64,000 nucleotides of DNA from Blastocatellia bacterium (GTDB lineage: Bacteria; Acidobacteriota; Blastocatellia; UBA7656): positions 55,579-119,578 of the forward strand of contig DATFGX010000010.1 in assembly GCA_035248905.1 (NCBI GenBank). Direction: 5' to 3'. The position numbers and the translations under genes were made by a program. Below are positions 48,971 to 59,392 of this stretch, in pieces; positions within the stretch are counted from its first letter, which is position 1, and each line of letters begins with the position of its first letter. The notes under the pieces were generated by a model, which searched no databases, was not told the origin of the DNA, and was given only the letters and a program-made list of their open reading frames with translations.

Positions 48971-49440
48971 GGTTTCTTGTGGTCGCGGCGGACGACGAGC
49001 ACCGGACAGGGCGATTTGCGAATGATCACTTCGGCGACGCGACCGAGAACGGCGCTGATGAGGTTGCCGAGGACGCCTTCGCCGTGCCGCCCGATGACGA
49101 TCATGTCTGCGTGAATCCGCCTGGCGTAACCGAGCGTCTGCGCCGCCGCCTCGCCGCGCTCGGACAGGTGGGTGATGTCAACGTCCGCACAATCTGCGGC
49201 GGCGAACATCCTGGCGAAGCGCTCGGCGGTCAAGCGCTCGACCGCGGCGCGAACTGCTTCGTCCGTCTCGCACGATTCCAGCAAGCCTTCTTTGACGGCG
49301 ATGCGCAGCGCGCTTTCATCCTGGACATGCAGGACGTGCAGTCTGGCTTTGAGTAGCCGCGCCAGCTCGCAGGCTTTCTCGAACGCCACCTGCGCGTTGT
49401 CGCTGAAATCCGTAGACACCAGAATTGTGTTGATGCTCAT
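48967..49440 (-). CDS. Universal stress protein (UspA family)
   Basis: ILVSTDFS...GHADMIVIGRHG...VIRKSPCPVLVV are the Usp ATP-binding motifs. Confidence 0.85.
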   Translation of the reverse strand: MSINTILVSTDFSDNAQVAFEKACELARLLKARLHVLHVQDESALRIAVKEGLLESCETDEAVRAAVERLTAERFARMFAAADCADVDITHLSERGEAAAQTLGYARRIHADMIVIGRHGEGVLGNLISAVLGRVAEVIIRKSPCPVLVVRRDHKKP

Positions 49441-49461
49441 CGCCGAACCCTCCGGTCGTTA

Positions 49462-50823
49462 CTACCAGTGCTCGCGCATCAGCTTACGGAAGATCGAGAA
49501 CGCGGCAAAGACGTTGCGGCGCTTGAAGGCCAGCGCAATCGTGACGGCGACCCACGCAAAGTAACTCGCCGTGATGATCAGCTTGCCACGGTGCGCCAGC
49601 ATCTCGACCTGCTCGACGTTCATCGACAGCATGGCCGCCAGCCGCACCGCCATACTGTTGTGCTCGCTCATCCCCTGCATCACGACCGCCGGCGCTTCAA
49701 ATCCTGAGAGCACGAACTGCACCAGCCAGAGCGCGAACAACAGCAGCGCCTCCCACCACGAGAAACGCATGTTCGCCAGCAGCACCGCGCCGAGCAGCGA
49801 CTGGCCGATGGTCATGAGAATCTCGATCCGCTGGTGCTCGTCGAAGGTGATGACGCCCAGTTGTCCGAGCGCCAGCGCGTAAGCGATTGGCAGCATCGCC
49901 ACCAGCATCGTCCACTGGTTAATGTTCGAGCTGACCATGTTCATCAGCGCCAGCGGCGCCATCGTCACGCGCCGCGCCCAGTTGAAGGCCGAGACCTTTT
50001 CGGGAAACTCTGACAGAAACGGCGCCACCCATTGCACGAAGACAAAAGTTGACAGGCCGAGGCCGACGGCAATCGCTTTCAAGCTGTCGAGGAACGGGTG
50101 CGCCGTGAAGTAGAGGATCAAGCCGCCGCCTGCGAACAGGCCGACGATCAGCGCGTTGCGCAGCGCCGCGCGCTGCCGCAGGATGAAACGCGGGATGCGA
50201 TCCATGTCTTCGATCTTCTCTTCCTCCTGCGGCGGAATCTTGTTGAGGAAGTAGAGGTAGACGCCATAGATCAACGACAGCAGCGCCGTGTCGAGTATCG
50301 TGAGCGTGCCCTTCCACCAGACGATGACGAAGTAGGCGATGCAGATGAACAGGAAGACGACTTCGACGGCGTGCTCGCGCTCCAGGCGAATCTCGCGCAG
50401 CCGCTTGCGTGACTGCCGCCGATGAAATGTAGCGGCGGTTACATAGATCATCGGCCAGCCCAGGCCGACCAGCAGGCGCAGGCTGCCGGTGAAGTTGGCC
50501 GTCATCAGCGAGGTGGCGTGCTTAATCTCGAAGACGTTCGTGCTGCTGCGCACGGTTTCGCCGGCCTGCCAGGCGATGACCGCTTCGACGGCGAATTCGG
50601 GCAGGGTTTGCAGCCACGCCAGGATGGCCAGCGCCAGCCCCTGCGAGACGAGGAACTGCGCCGCTTCGGCGGCCCAGGCGATCAACATCGCCGAGCCGAG
50701 CACGGAAGGGAACGTCCACGCCGCCGAGGCCGCGCCGGCGCTGGTCGTCGAGGTCGGCGACACCAGGGCGATCACAGATTGGATGGGTTTCGGCAGCGCT
50801 TTCAGGAAAGTGAGTTTTAGCAA
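49462..50823 (-). CDS. Cation/Ca2+ antiporter (CaCA superfamily)-like membrane protein
   Basis: Polytopic. Two alpha-repeat-like motifs (LQTLPEFAVE and APFLSEFPEKV) resemble the GTSLPE signature. Moderate confidence. Confidence 0.5.
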   Translation of the reverse strand: MLKLTFLKALPKPIQSVIALVSPTSTTSAGAASAAWTFPSVLGSAMLIAWAAEAAQFLVSQGLALAILAWLQTLPEFAVEAVIAWQAGETVRSSTNVFEIKHATSLMTANFTGSLRLLVGLGWPMIYVTAATFHRRQSRKRLREIRLEREHAVEVVFLFICIAYFVIVWWKGTLTILDTALLSLIYGVYLYFLNKIPPQEEEKIEDMDRIPRFILRQRAALRNALIVGLFAGGGLILYFTAHPFLDSLKAIAVGLGLSTFVFVQWVAPFLSEFPEKVSAFNWARRVTMAPLALMNMVSSNINQWTMLVAMLPIAYALALGQLGVITFDEHQRIEILMTIGQSLLGAVLLANMRFSWWEALLLFALWLVQFVLSGFEAPAVVMQGMSEHNSMAVRLAAMLSMNVEQVEMLAHRGKLIITASYFAWVAVTIALAFKRRNVFAAFSIFRKLMREHW

Positions 50824-51019
50824 GCGGGGTCATTCCTTCTGCTGGTTTGTCAAACTGCGTTGCGCCACGCGTGCGTCAGAGATAATCAATAGCACACCAC
50901 CGCGCGGCTTGTCACAGCCGAGAGGCGCGGCTTGCAAACGGCGGCGGCGGGTAGCAATATAATCGGGCCGCCGGGCGCGCCGCGATTGCCGAACGGCGGC
51001 ACGCAGGAGGAAGGAAATC

Positions 51020-52177
51020 ATGATCCAGAGGCTCTTATTGATTCTGATCGCCGTGGCGGTGTGTGCCGGCCCGCTCGCCGCGCATCCCATGCCGGCTGCG
51101 CCGCAAGGCACGCCGACCGTCGTCATCGCAGAACCTTACACGGTCCCGCCCAATCAGCCGGTGCCTGAGCCGCGCTCGACCGTCGGCATCATCAATGCCG
51201 TGTGCGACGTGACGCTCGACTTCGTCGGCTGCAACGTCATCCCCGGCTCGATCAACATCGTCTGCGACACCAACGCCGACGGCGTGCCTGAGCTGATGAT
51301 CCCGCTCAAGAACGTCACCCTCATCAATCCGTTGTTGGTGCGGGCGACGGTGCCGGCGCTGGGGCCGCAGCTTCCCGGCACGCCGTTCCCGCTCGCCTGC
51401 TGCGGCGGCAAGGCGAACGCCGTGCTCAGCCAGACCGTCACCGCCGGCGATGACAATATCTTCGGCACCTACACGATCACCCAGACGGTCGAGATCGATT
51501 TAGGGCAGCGCGCCCCGGTGGTGATTTCGACTGCGCCGTCGAGCCTCGACTGCGCCGTGGCGCAGAACCTCATCGTGCCGGGCGCCTGCTTCCTGCTCGG
51601 CGATGGCAAGCCGAATGTCACCGCGGTTTTCGCCGTCGAGCGCGGCAACCCGGCGAACGTCGTCCAGTCGAAAGCTTTTGTCATCGTCAACACCAACGTC
51701 ATCGATGCGCTGTTCGACTTTGGCGCGGCGAACGCCGGCAAGACGTTTTTGATTTACGCAGCGGGGCCGAACGGCACGAGCCGCAACCTGACGGCGCTGC
51801 CCGAAGGGACGCCGACGCCCTGCCCGCTCGGCAACGAGCAAGGCGTGCAGGTGACGGTGACGTGCAGAGCGGCTGCGAGTGGCGGCGATCCCGGCAGCGT
51901 CCCGCTGGTTGACCACTGCGAACTCGAACGCGACGCCGCCGGCGCTTTCTCGCTGGTCATCACCGGCGGCAAGTACCCTGCGGATTCGACGCTCACCATC
52001 GGCGGCATTGCGCCGAAGAAGGTCAAGGTTCAAGACCTGGATTCGGCGACCGGGATGTATCTGAAGATCATCGCCAGGAAAAAAGTCTGCACCGGACTGC
52101 CGGGCAACGTCGTGATTACCAGCCCAACGGGCGGGCGTGTGACCGCATTCTTCTGTAATCAATCCTGCACTCCGTAG
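51020..52177 (+). CDS. Secreted hypothetical protein
   Basis: Signal peptide MIQRLLLILIAVAVCAGPLAA. Beta-rich and Cys-containing. No family recognised. Confidence 0.5.
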   Translation: MIQRLLLILIAVAVCAGPLAAHPMPAAPQGTPTVVIAEPYTVPPNQPVPEPRSTVGIINAVCDVTLDFVGCNVIPGSINIVCDTNADGVPELMIPLKNVTLINPLLVRATVPALGPQLPGTPFPLACCGGKANAVLSQTVTAGDDNIFGTYTITQTVEIDLGQRAPVVISTAPSSLDCAVAQNLIVPGACFLLGDGKPNVTAVFAVERGNPANVVQSKAFVIVNTNVIDALFDFGAANAGKTFLIYAAGPNGTSRNLTALPEGTPTPCPLGNEQGVQVTVTCRAAASGGDPGSVPLVDHCELERDAAGAFSLVITGGKYPADSTLTIGGIAPKKVKVQDLDSATGMYLKIIARKKVCTGLPGNVVITSPTGGRVTAFFCNQSCTP

Positions 52178-52179
52178 GG

Positions 52180-52250
52180 GCGACCCTGTGTGGTCGCCCC
52201 AGACTGCGCAGGCGTAATCAGGGGCGACCACACAGGGTCGCCCCTACATT
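52180..52250. repeat. Palindromic hairpin GTAGGGGCGACCCTGTGTGGTCGCCCC ... GGGGCGACCACACAGGGTCGCCCCTAC; likely terminator
   Basis: Near-perfect long inverted repeat immediately after the stop at 52177. Confidence 0.75.
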
Positions 52251-52445
52251 CCCGCCCAGAGGGCGCTTGCGTTGACACTCCAAGAATGGCTGCGATACAC
52301 TAAATATACGGCTTAATTGATTCGTTAATTCATTCACGCTGGAATGTTTTCATGGATGGTTCTGCCAACTGACGGTCGCGCGAATCGCATCTCAGCTTGG
52401 CGAAGACTGGCTTGTGAGCCGGCAGATTTTACGGAGGGACTCCCA

Positions 52446-53711
52446 ATGTTTAACTCATGGATGAAAAAGGTGGTGCTGCTGGTGGCGTCGGTGATGTTGC
52501 TCGCGGTCACGGCGAGCGCGCAGGCGACGCAGATCGAAGGCACCATCAAGCTCAAAGCGGCGGACGGCTCGCTCAAGCCGCTCGCGGGCGCGCAGATCGA
52601 TATTTATCGCACCGACATTAAAGGTTCATATCCCGTCAAGGCCGACAAGAATGGCCACTACATCCGCCTGGGCATTCCTGTGCAGGGGACGTACATCGTC
52701 GTCGTCTCCGGTCCCGGCGCCGCGCCGACTTACCAGACCGGCGTGCGCATCGCCCAGGTGCCGATGCTCGATTTCACGCTCGAACCCGGCGATGGCCGCG
52801 CGCTGACCTACGACGAGGTGATGGCGTCGATGAAGGGCAGCGGCGTCAACCCTTCGGCACCCACCCCGCCGCCTTCGTCTGCCGACCGCGCCAAGGCCGA
52901 CGCGGCGGCCAAAGAGCGCGCCGAGAAGAACAAAGAAATACAAGCATTGCAGGCCACGCTCGATGAAGCGATCAAGCACTTCAAGGCCGGCGCCGACTTG
53001 AAGACCGCCAACAACTACGAAGGGGCCATTGCCGAATTCGAGCAGGCGGCGCAGGTTGACCCCGGCAAGAACAAAGTCTTCGTCGAAGTGGCGCACAAGT
53101 CGAACGCCCAACTCGCCGAAACCCATTACCAGCTTGGCGCCGACCTCTTCAACAAGAAGCAGAAGGACGTTGCCAAGACGCACTTCCAGAAAGGCTACGA
53201 GTCGGCCAAGCGGGCCATCGCCTTGGGCACGCAGGTGCCGGCGACCGACGACGCCAACATCAACAACGAGCTGCTGATTTACTATGGCATTCTGGCCAAG
53301 AATGCCGGGCTGCTGGTGGAAATGTATAGCGACGCCTCGGTCATCGATGACACGGTGAAGGCCATCGATCAGGCGGAGACGCTCGACACGCCGGCCAACA
53401 AAGGCAAGTGGGAAGTGATGAAGGCCAAGATGTATTTCAACTCCGGGCGCACGGACGAGGCGATGGCCGCTTATAAAGGCATCCTTGCCGCCGACCCCAA
53501 CAACACCGATGCGCTGTTCGGGCTTGGCCTGACGCTGGTGGCGACGGGCGAGAAAGCCAAGGTGCAGGAGGGCGCCAACTACCTGGCAGACTTTGTCGCC
53601 AAAGCGCCGCCCACCGACAAGCACGTCGCCGAAGTGAAGGCGGTGCTCGATGACTTGAAGAAGCAACAGCAGGTCGAGCCGGAGAAGCCGTCGAAACGTC
53701 GCCGGCCCTGA
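52446..53711 (+). CDS. Secreted protein with N-terminal carboxypeptidase-regulatory-like beta-sandwich and TPR repeats
   Basis: Signal peptide. TQIEGTIKLKAADGSLKPLAGAQIDIYRTD is a CarbopepD_reg-like pattern, followed by TPR-like helical repeats. Confidence 0.55.
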   Translation: MFNSWMKKVVLLVASVMLLAVTASAQATQIEGTIKLKAADGSLKPLAGAQIDIYRTDIKGSYPVKADKNGHYIRLGIPVQGTYIVVVSGPGAAPTYQTGVRIAQVPMLDFTLEPGDGRALTYDEVMASMKGSGVNPSAPTPPPSSADRAKADAAAKERAEKNKEIQALQATLDEAIKHFKAGADLKTANNYEGAIAEFEQAAQVDPGKNKVFVEVAHKSNAQLAETHYQLGADLFNKKQKDVAKTHFQKGYESAKRAIALGTQVPATDDANINNELLIYYGILAKNAGLLVEMYSDASVIDDTVKAIDQAETLDTPANKGKWEVMKAKMYFNSGRTDEAMAAYKGILAADPNNTDALFGLGLTLVATGEKAKVQEGANYLADFVAKAPPTDKHVAEVKAVLDDLKKQQQVEPEKPSKRRRP

Positions 53712-53890
53712 GCCGCGCGCGCCTTCAGTCAGTCGAAAGCCACGAAGGCTTGGCCTGCGTGGCTTTTTTACTGCGCGCAGGCTGCGCCCGCACGGCGCAA
53801 ACCGGCTGGCGAGTTGTCTGTCGCATCTGCTACGCTTGAGCACGCCCCCATTGTGGAAACCGGTTCATTATCAAGTCAGAGGGAAATGCG

Positions 53891-56800
53891 TTGAAGCGTT
53901 GTGCCGCCGGTCGCCTGGCGATCCTGTCATTGATCTTCATCCTGTCGGCCTGCTTGCTCGTGAGCGCCAGTCTGCCGCCGCGCGCCGCGGCAGCCGGCGG
54001 CCAGCAATCGCGGTTCGCCCCACTCGAAGCGCGGCTCCGCTCGCCGCGCGCCGACGAGTTTCAGCGGGCGCTTGCGGAACTCAGGGCGCTGGACGAGCCG
54101 GGCGCCTACAAAGCCTGGGGCGCGGCCCTGGAGCAGCCGGACGCGCAGTTGCAGAAAGCCGCGTGGCGCGCCTTTCGTGACGTGCAAGCGCAGCTCGCGC
54201 ACAAAGAATTCGTCCCGCAGATCATCCGCGTTCGCGCCACGCCCGATGAGATTGCGCAGGTCGCCAGTCTCTACAACCTTGAATTCCACGTCTGGTCGGC
54301 GCTGCCCGCCGAGACCATCCTCGCCGCGCCGCCTTACCTGGTCGAACGACTCACGCGCCAGGGCATCGGTGCGGAAGTTCTCTTCGACTCCATCAGCGAC
54401 TGGCAGCGCGCCCGCGACCAGAACGACGCCACCGCCCGCGCCATCACCCCGGCTTATCAAAGCGGCGACGCCGAGCGCTCGACGCAGGTTCGCGTTGCGG
54501 TGATCGATCTGGCGAAATCCACCGCCGCGAAGGGCCGCGCCCAGTGGCTCGGCGACCGCGAAAACCAATTGATGCGGCGCGGCTCGCTCATCGCTTATCT
54601 CGATCTCTTTTCGTCCGACGGCTCGCCGCAGGCGATCAACGCGCACAGGGAAGCGCAGTACACGCGGCGCGGCTTTTACCTCGCAGGCTTCTACACGACC
54701 GCGGAATTCTCGGCGCTCGCGCCACGGCTGTTCGGCGAACCGTTTAATTTCGGCACGCCCGCGGGAGACTACAAAACCGCGAGCCTGCGGGCGCAAGCCA
54801 CCGACCACTATCACAGCTACGAGCAGGCGCAGAGCGAATTCAAGGCGCTGGCGGCGGCGCACCCGGAGCTGGCGGCTTACGTGCGCATCGGCCAGAGCTA
54901 CGAGGGCCGCGAAATCTTCGCGCTCAAGATCACCCGCGACGCCGCCGCCACGGACACCAGTAAGCCCGACGTATTAATCACCGGCTGTCATCACGCGCGC
55001 GAATGGATCTCCGTCGAATCGCCGGTCTACTTCGCCAACCAGCTCATCAACCAGTACGCGAGCGACAGCCTCGTCCGTCAGGCGTTAGACCACCTGCAAA
55101 TCTGGATCGTGCCCATCGTCAACCCCGACGGCCTGGCCTACAGCCAGAGCGGCTCGGCGACGGTCAGCGATGGCACGCGGATGTGGCGCAAGAACCGCCG
55201 CCCCATCACCCTCGGCGCGTGCGCCTCGTCCGTCGGCGTTGACTTGAACCGTAATTATGATTACGAGTGGCGGCTGCGCGGCGACGCGCCGTGCGACGAC
55301 TACTGCTCGCCGGACAGGAGCTGTCTGCAAGACGATGCCGGCGCCAGCGACGATCCCGCGAACATCGAAATCTACCGCGGGCCGCAGGCCGCAAGCGAGC
55401 CTGAGATCAAAGCCATGCAGTCGCTCATCCGCGACCCGAACCGTCACTTCCGCGCCGAGCTGGATTATCACAACTTCGCGCAGTTGATCCTCTACCCGTG
55501 GGGCTATCAGCATGACATCGCGCCCGACGCGACGGTGCAGGGGCAACTCGCGCAGCAGATGAGCGTCGAGATCAAGAAGGTGAGCGGCAGGCTCTATCAG
55601 CCCGAAGCATCGATCGATCTTTATCAAGTGACCGGCTCGTCAACCGACTACGCCTACGGCGCCAGTTCCATTGCGCTGCCGCTGACCATCGAGATGCGCC
55701 CGACCTGCTGCGACTTTATCCTGCCCGAAGAGCAGATCGCTGAAACCAACGCGGAGAACTGGGCGGGCCTCAGGCCGCTGCTCTACTGGGCCGCCGGGCC
55801 GCCGATCCTCGCCTCTGCGCAAGCCTACAGCACCGGCCCCGATGGCGGCTTCTCGAAGCTCATCTACGCCGCGCACTGGGTGGAGCCGGTTGAAGGCTCC
55901 GGCGGCGTCCGCCAGCTCGTCACCGACGCGCGCTTCCCAGGCATCGCGCCGGGGCCTTTGAAAGTCAAATTACAATTCTCGAAAACCATGCGCACCGCCC
56001 TGCCGCCGCGCGCCACGCTGGGGCGTGACGGGCGCCGCGACGAGCTGACGCTGGTGGCGACGGGCGATGACGAAGGCTGGCAGAAGACCGCCTACGACAA
56101 CGATACATGGATCGGCGAGGCGGTGATCACGCAGGACGACAACCTGACGAGCGCGTGGCAGCTCTACGTTGATGCGACCGACACGGCGGGCGCGAACCTC
56201 GACGCAGTGCCGGCGACGGTTGCCACCTACGCGACCGGCACAGGCGGCTGGCAGGCGTATGAAGAGACGGGCGGCGCGGGCGCGGAAGGCGGCACAGACG
56301 CCGTACACCGCATGGCGCCGACGCTGGCCGGCGACATCCCGAATCTGGTGATCGCCTCGCCGGGCGGCGGCGAGCGACTGATCGGCGGCGAAGCCTACAC
56401 CGTCACCTGGACGCTACCCAGGCAGGCAGGCTTCCAGCCGGTGCAGCAGCAACTTTATCTGTCGACCGACAGCGGCGTGAGCTTTACGCAGCTGGTCGAG
56501 AACATTCCGGGCAGCGTCGAAAAATATGTCCTGACGCTGCCGAAGGTGGCGACGACGACGGCGCGGCTGCGCGTGTTGGCGATTGAAGGCACCTTCGGCA
56601 ACGCGCTGTATGGCGACAGCCGCGCCGATTTCATCATCGGCGCGAACGTCGGCGCGAACGTCGACATCGCGCTGCTCTCTTCAGAAAAACAGAACGTCGA
56701 CTGGATGGAGAACTCTGGCGGGCAGACGACGAGCGGCGCGATGCGGCTGGTGATGAACCTGCGGATTACGAATCGCGGCGGCGTGGCGATGGCCAGTCCT

Positions 56801-57070
56801 TTCCTGCGCATCGCCGATCTCAGCCGCAGCCATGTCTTGCTGACGCGCGACCCGCAAACGCTGCCGGGGACCGGTGCGCAGCAGGCTCTCGACGTCGGCG
56901 ACGACGGACAACTCGCACCCGGCGAATCGGTCGACGTGCGGTTGATCCTCGGACTAGTGTCGAAGAAGAAGTTTGCGATGTCGGTCGAGCTGTACGGCGT
57001 CGGGGTCGGCGGCACCATCGCGCCCGCGGCGGCAACACAGGTCTGGACGGGCAAGCCGCGCAGTCAGTGA
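53891..57070 (+). CDS. Secreted M14-family zinc carboxypeptidase with large C-terminal extension domains
   Basis: GCHHAREWIS (Zn ligand HxxE) and later H and E residues. About 1059 aa. TTG/alternative start. Confidence 0.8.
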   Translation: MKRCAAGRLAILSLIFILSACLLVSASLPPRAAAAGGQQSRFAPLEARLRSPRADEFQRALAELRALDEPGAYKAWGAALEQPDAQLQKAAWRAFRDVQAQLAHKEFVPQIIRVRATPDEIAQVASLYNLEFHVWSALPAETILAAPPYLVERLTRQGIGAEVLFDSISDWQRARDQNDATARAITPAYQSGDAERSTQVRVAVIDLAKSTAAKGRAQWLGDRENQLMRRGSLIAYLDLFSSDGSPQAINAHREAQYTRRGFYLAGFYTTAEFSALAPRLFGEPFNFGTPAGDYKTASLRAQATDHYHSYEQAQSEFKALAAAHPELAAYVRIGQSYEGREIFALKITRDAAATDTSKPDVLITGCHHAREWISVESPVYFANQLINQYASDSLVRQALDHLQIWIVPIVNPDGLAYSQSGSATVSDGTRMWRKNRRPITLGACASSVGVDLNRNYDYEWRLRGDAPCDDYCSPDRSCLQDDAGASDDPANIEIYRGPQAASEPEIKAMQSLIRDPNRHFRAELDYHNFAQLILYPWGYQHDIAPDATVQGQLAQQMSVEIKKVSGRLYQPEASIDLYQVTGSSTDYAYGASSIALPLTIEMRPTCCDFILPEEQIAETNAENWAGLRPLLYWAAGPPILASAQAYSTGPDGGFSKLIYAAHWVEPVEGSGGVRQLVTDARFPGIAPGPLKVKLQFSKTMRTALPPRATLGRDGRRDELTLVATGDDEGWQKTAYDNDTWIGEAVITQDDNLTSAWQLYVDATDTAGANLDAVPATVATYATGTGGWQAYEETGGAGAEGGTDAVHRMAPTLAGDIPNLVIASPGGGERLIGGEAYTVTWTLPRQAGFQPVQQQLYLSTDSGVSFTQLVENIPGSVEKYVLTLPKVATTTARLRVLAIEGTFGNALYGDSRADFIIGANVGANVDIALLSSEKQNVDWMENSGGQTTSGAMRLVMNLRITNRGGVAMASPFLRIADLSRSHVLLTRDPQTLPGTGAQQALDVGDDGQLAPGESVDVRLILGLVSKKKFAMSVELYGVGVGGTIAPAAATQVWTGKPRSQ

Positions 57071-57172
57071 GCCACAAACGAAATCAGGAGAAGCCGACCG
57101 CCATCGCGTCAAGCGAAAGCAGTCTCTTCTCCTGACTTTTCTCGTATGCGGGCTTAATGCCCAGCGAATGGA

Positions 57173-57379
57173 TTAACGATTACCGGACGTCGTTCCACCC
57201 TGGTTGCCTTGCTGGCCACCCTGGCTGCCCTGTTGACCACCTTGCTGGCCGCCTTGCTGACCACCCTGTTGGCCACCCTGCTGGCCACCCTGCTGGCCAC
57301 CCTGCTGGCCACCTTGCTGACCGCCCTGCTGGCCGCCCTGTTGTGATCCGAGATTATCGCGATCTTTGTTTGCCGACAT
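57173..57379 (-). CDS. Small hydrophilic (GGQQ)n repeat protein (stress-protein-like)
   Basis: GGAGGA RBS. MSANKDRDNLGSQQ(GGQQ)x10...; resembles KGG/GsiB-type stress proteins. Confidence 0.6.
   Translation of the reverse strand: MSANKDRDNLGSQQGGQQGGQQGGQQGGQQGGQQGGQQGGQQGGQQGGQQGSQGGQQGNQGGTTSGNR
57200..57340. repeat. Tandem 12-nt repeat (CTGGCCACCCTG and variants, about 10 units) encoding the GGQQ repeats
   Basis: Visible directly as CTGGCCACCCTGCTGGCCACCCTG... Confidence 0.85.
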
Positions 57380-57676
57380 GGATGTCCTCCTTGCTTGGTT
57401 GTGATGTATTAGTTACGGGCACGCGGCCCGCAATGCTAGTGTCGCTATGTTTTAATGAGCAAGATGCATACCGTTACCGGGCTGCTCGCCGCCGCAAAAA
57501 CCTGCATCAGGGATATGTCTTACACGCTAAGTAGATTGGGCAAAAGCCGCGCCTGATTCATCAAGATGGCACCGGGCTTGCAGCCATGCATGGTGAGACA
57601 GGAATGCCGAGTCTTGAGACGCGGTTAGCATTTTGAAATCATCCACCGATGCACGGACATCGAACAGGAGGGAAGT

Positions 57677-57859
57677 ATGCCAAGAGGAGATAAGTCAGCT
57701 TACACGGACAAGCAGAAGCGCCAGGCCGAACACATTGAAGAGGGCTACGAGAAGCGTGGCGTCTCTGAGAATGAAGCCGAGCGCCGCGCATGGGCGACCG
57801 TCAACAAGGAGTCCGGCGGCGGCAAGAAGTCAGGCAGCGGACGCGACAAGTCCAGCTAG
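57677..57859 (+). CDS. Small conserved hydrophilic protein (60 aa), stress-associated type
   Basis: GGAGGGAAG RBS. MPRGDKSAYTDKQKRQAEHIEEGYEKRGVS..AERRAWATVNK. Divergent from the GGQQ gene. Confidence 0.55.
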   Translation: MPRGDKSAYTDKQKRQAEHIEEGYEKRGVSENEAERRAWATVNKESGGGKKSGSGRDKSS

Positions 57860-57945
57860 AAACCAGGGGCTAGGGACTGGGGACTAGGGAAAGGTTATCT
57901 TTCTTACTAGCCCCTAATTCCTAGCCCCTAGCCCCTCACTCACTG
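57856..57945. repeat. (GGGGCTA/GGGACTA)n palindromic hairpin between convergent genes
   Basis: CTAGAAACCAGGGGCTAGGGACTGGGGACTAGGG ... CTAGCCCCTAATTCCTAGCCCCTAGCCCC. Confidence 0.8.
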
Positions 57946-58869
57946 CCAGGCAATCGTCGCCAGGCCCGCGGCCCCGGCCAGGTGTTCGAAGCGGATCGCA
58001 TCACTCGGCATATCGAAGCCGAATTCGGCGGCGCGCATTGCCCGCGGCTCGCTCTCGGTGGCGTCGCTGACGGCGCGCTGCGCTTCATCGAGATCGATCT
58101 CGCCGAGCACCAGCATCGCCGTCAAAGGCGCGGCGCTCGTCGCCAAGCGGTCGCGGTAATAAAGCGCGAAGCGATGCAACTCGTCGGCGGTCGCTTCCGG
58201 CTCGCATTGATAACTGCGCACCAGTAGCGGCTCGCCATTGCGCATCACCAGTGATGTGAAGCCTTGCCGATTGGCCGACACCAGCAGTTTGTCGCCGGGC
58301 GAACGGTCCCACGTCAGCCACTGCGCCTCGCCGAGATGGCGCGGCAGCATCAGGCCCGCCGTCCAGCCGAGGTGCTCGAAAGCCGCTTCGTACTGTGCCA
58401 CGACTTCGTCGCGCGCCACCGTCACCGCATAACGCTCCTGCCCACCGAGCGGGCTGATGCGCTGGCGCGAGATGCGCAACTCGGTCGCAGGGATGGCGAC
58501 CAGGCGCTCGATCTTCCAGGCCAGAACCTCATTCAGCTCGGCGCGGCTGCCCGGCTTGCTTTCGAGCGGCACGACGAACGAGCGCGCCGTCGTGTCGGGC
58601 AGCGCCACTGACCAGTGCTTCTTGCGCATCAGCCCGGCGGCCTCGGCGGTCTGGCGAATGATTTCGATCAGCTCGCCGGCGTCCAAAATATTCAACTCGT
58701 CGAAAGATGGGTTGACGACATCGGGCGGCAGTTGCGTGACGGCGCTGGCCGAGAGGGTGAACCCATGACGGGCGCGGCGCAGGTCAACGACCGTGAACGA
58801 ATCATTAATGAAGCCGGCAGCCGTCGGCGGCGCTTGCGCCGCGAGAAAATATCGCTGTAATGATGACAT
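57940..58869 (-). CDS. Hypothetical protein in a pilus/T2SS cluster (possible PilM/GspL-like assembly component)
   Basis: 309 aa, soluble. Assignment is based mainly on position in the cluster. Confidence 0.35.
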   Translation of the reverse strand: MSSLQRYFLAAQAPPTAAGFINDSFTVVDLRRARHGFTLSASAVTQLPPDVVNPSFDELNILDAGELIEIIRQTAEAAGLMRKKHWSVALPDTTARSFVVPLESKPGSRAELNEVLAWKIERLVAIPATELRISRQRISPLGGQERYAVTVARDEVVAQYEAAFEHLGWTAGLMLPRHLGEAQWLTWDRSPGDKLLVSANRQGFTSLVMRNGEPLLVRSYQCEPEATADELHRFALYYRDRLATSAAPLTAMLVLGEIDLDEAQRAVSDATESEPRAMRAAEFGFDMPSDAIRFEHLAGAAGLATIAWQ

Positions 58870-58877
58870 GCTTGCGC

Positions 58878-58965
58878 AAGGGGCTAGGGGTCAGGGACCA
58901 GAGATTAGTAAAGAACAGATAGCCTGCTTTACTAATCCCTCGCCCCTGGCCCCTAGCCCCTGACC
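58878..58965. repeat. (GGGGCTAG)-family palindromic hairpin
   Basis: AGGGGCTAGGGGTCAGGGACCAG ... CCTCGCCCCTGGCCCCTAGCCCCTGACCCC. Confidence 0.8.
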
Positions 58966-58972
58966 CCTTTCC

Positions 58973-59383
58973 TCAGTATTCGCTGTAGGCTTTACCGTCG
59001 CTGCCCTCGCCGGCGGCGTTGCTGTGGACGTTGACGATGCCCTGCTGGGCGTCGCGCGCGATCGTCGATTCGCCGGTCTCGGTGACCCAATCCTTCTCGC
59101 CGGTGATCGGGTCTATCGGCACTTCGCGTATGTAGCCGCCGCTCACCAGGTCGTCGAGCGATTGCGGCAGTAGCTCGCGGTCGGCCTCGTATTGATCGAT
59201 CAGCTTGCGCATCTGGTGCAGGTCTTCTTTGAGCAGCGTCTCTTTGGCCTTCAGCTGCACCTGCTGGTACGACACGATGCCGATGGTCGCCAGGATGACG
59301 ATGATCGTCATCACCATCACCATCTCAAGCAGGGTGAAGCCGTGCTGATTCTCTCTGTGCTCATGACTCCTCATTGCGTTCAA
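58973..59383 (-). CDS. Type II secretion pseudopilin GspG-like / type IV pilin-like protein
   Basis: Prepilin leader ...QHG/FTLLEMVMVMTIIVILA and a GspG-like ...IDPITGE motif. Confidence 0.8.
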   Translation of the reverse strand: MNAMRSHEHRENQHGFTLLEMVMVMTIIVILATIGIVSYQQVQLKAKETLLKEDLHQMRKLIDQYEADRELLPQSLDDLVSGGYIREVPIDPITGEKDWVTETGESTIARDAQQGIVNVHSNAAGEGSDGKAYSEY

Positions 59384-59392
59384 CTACTCCAT

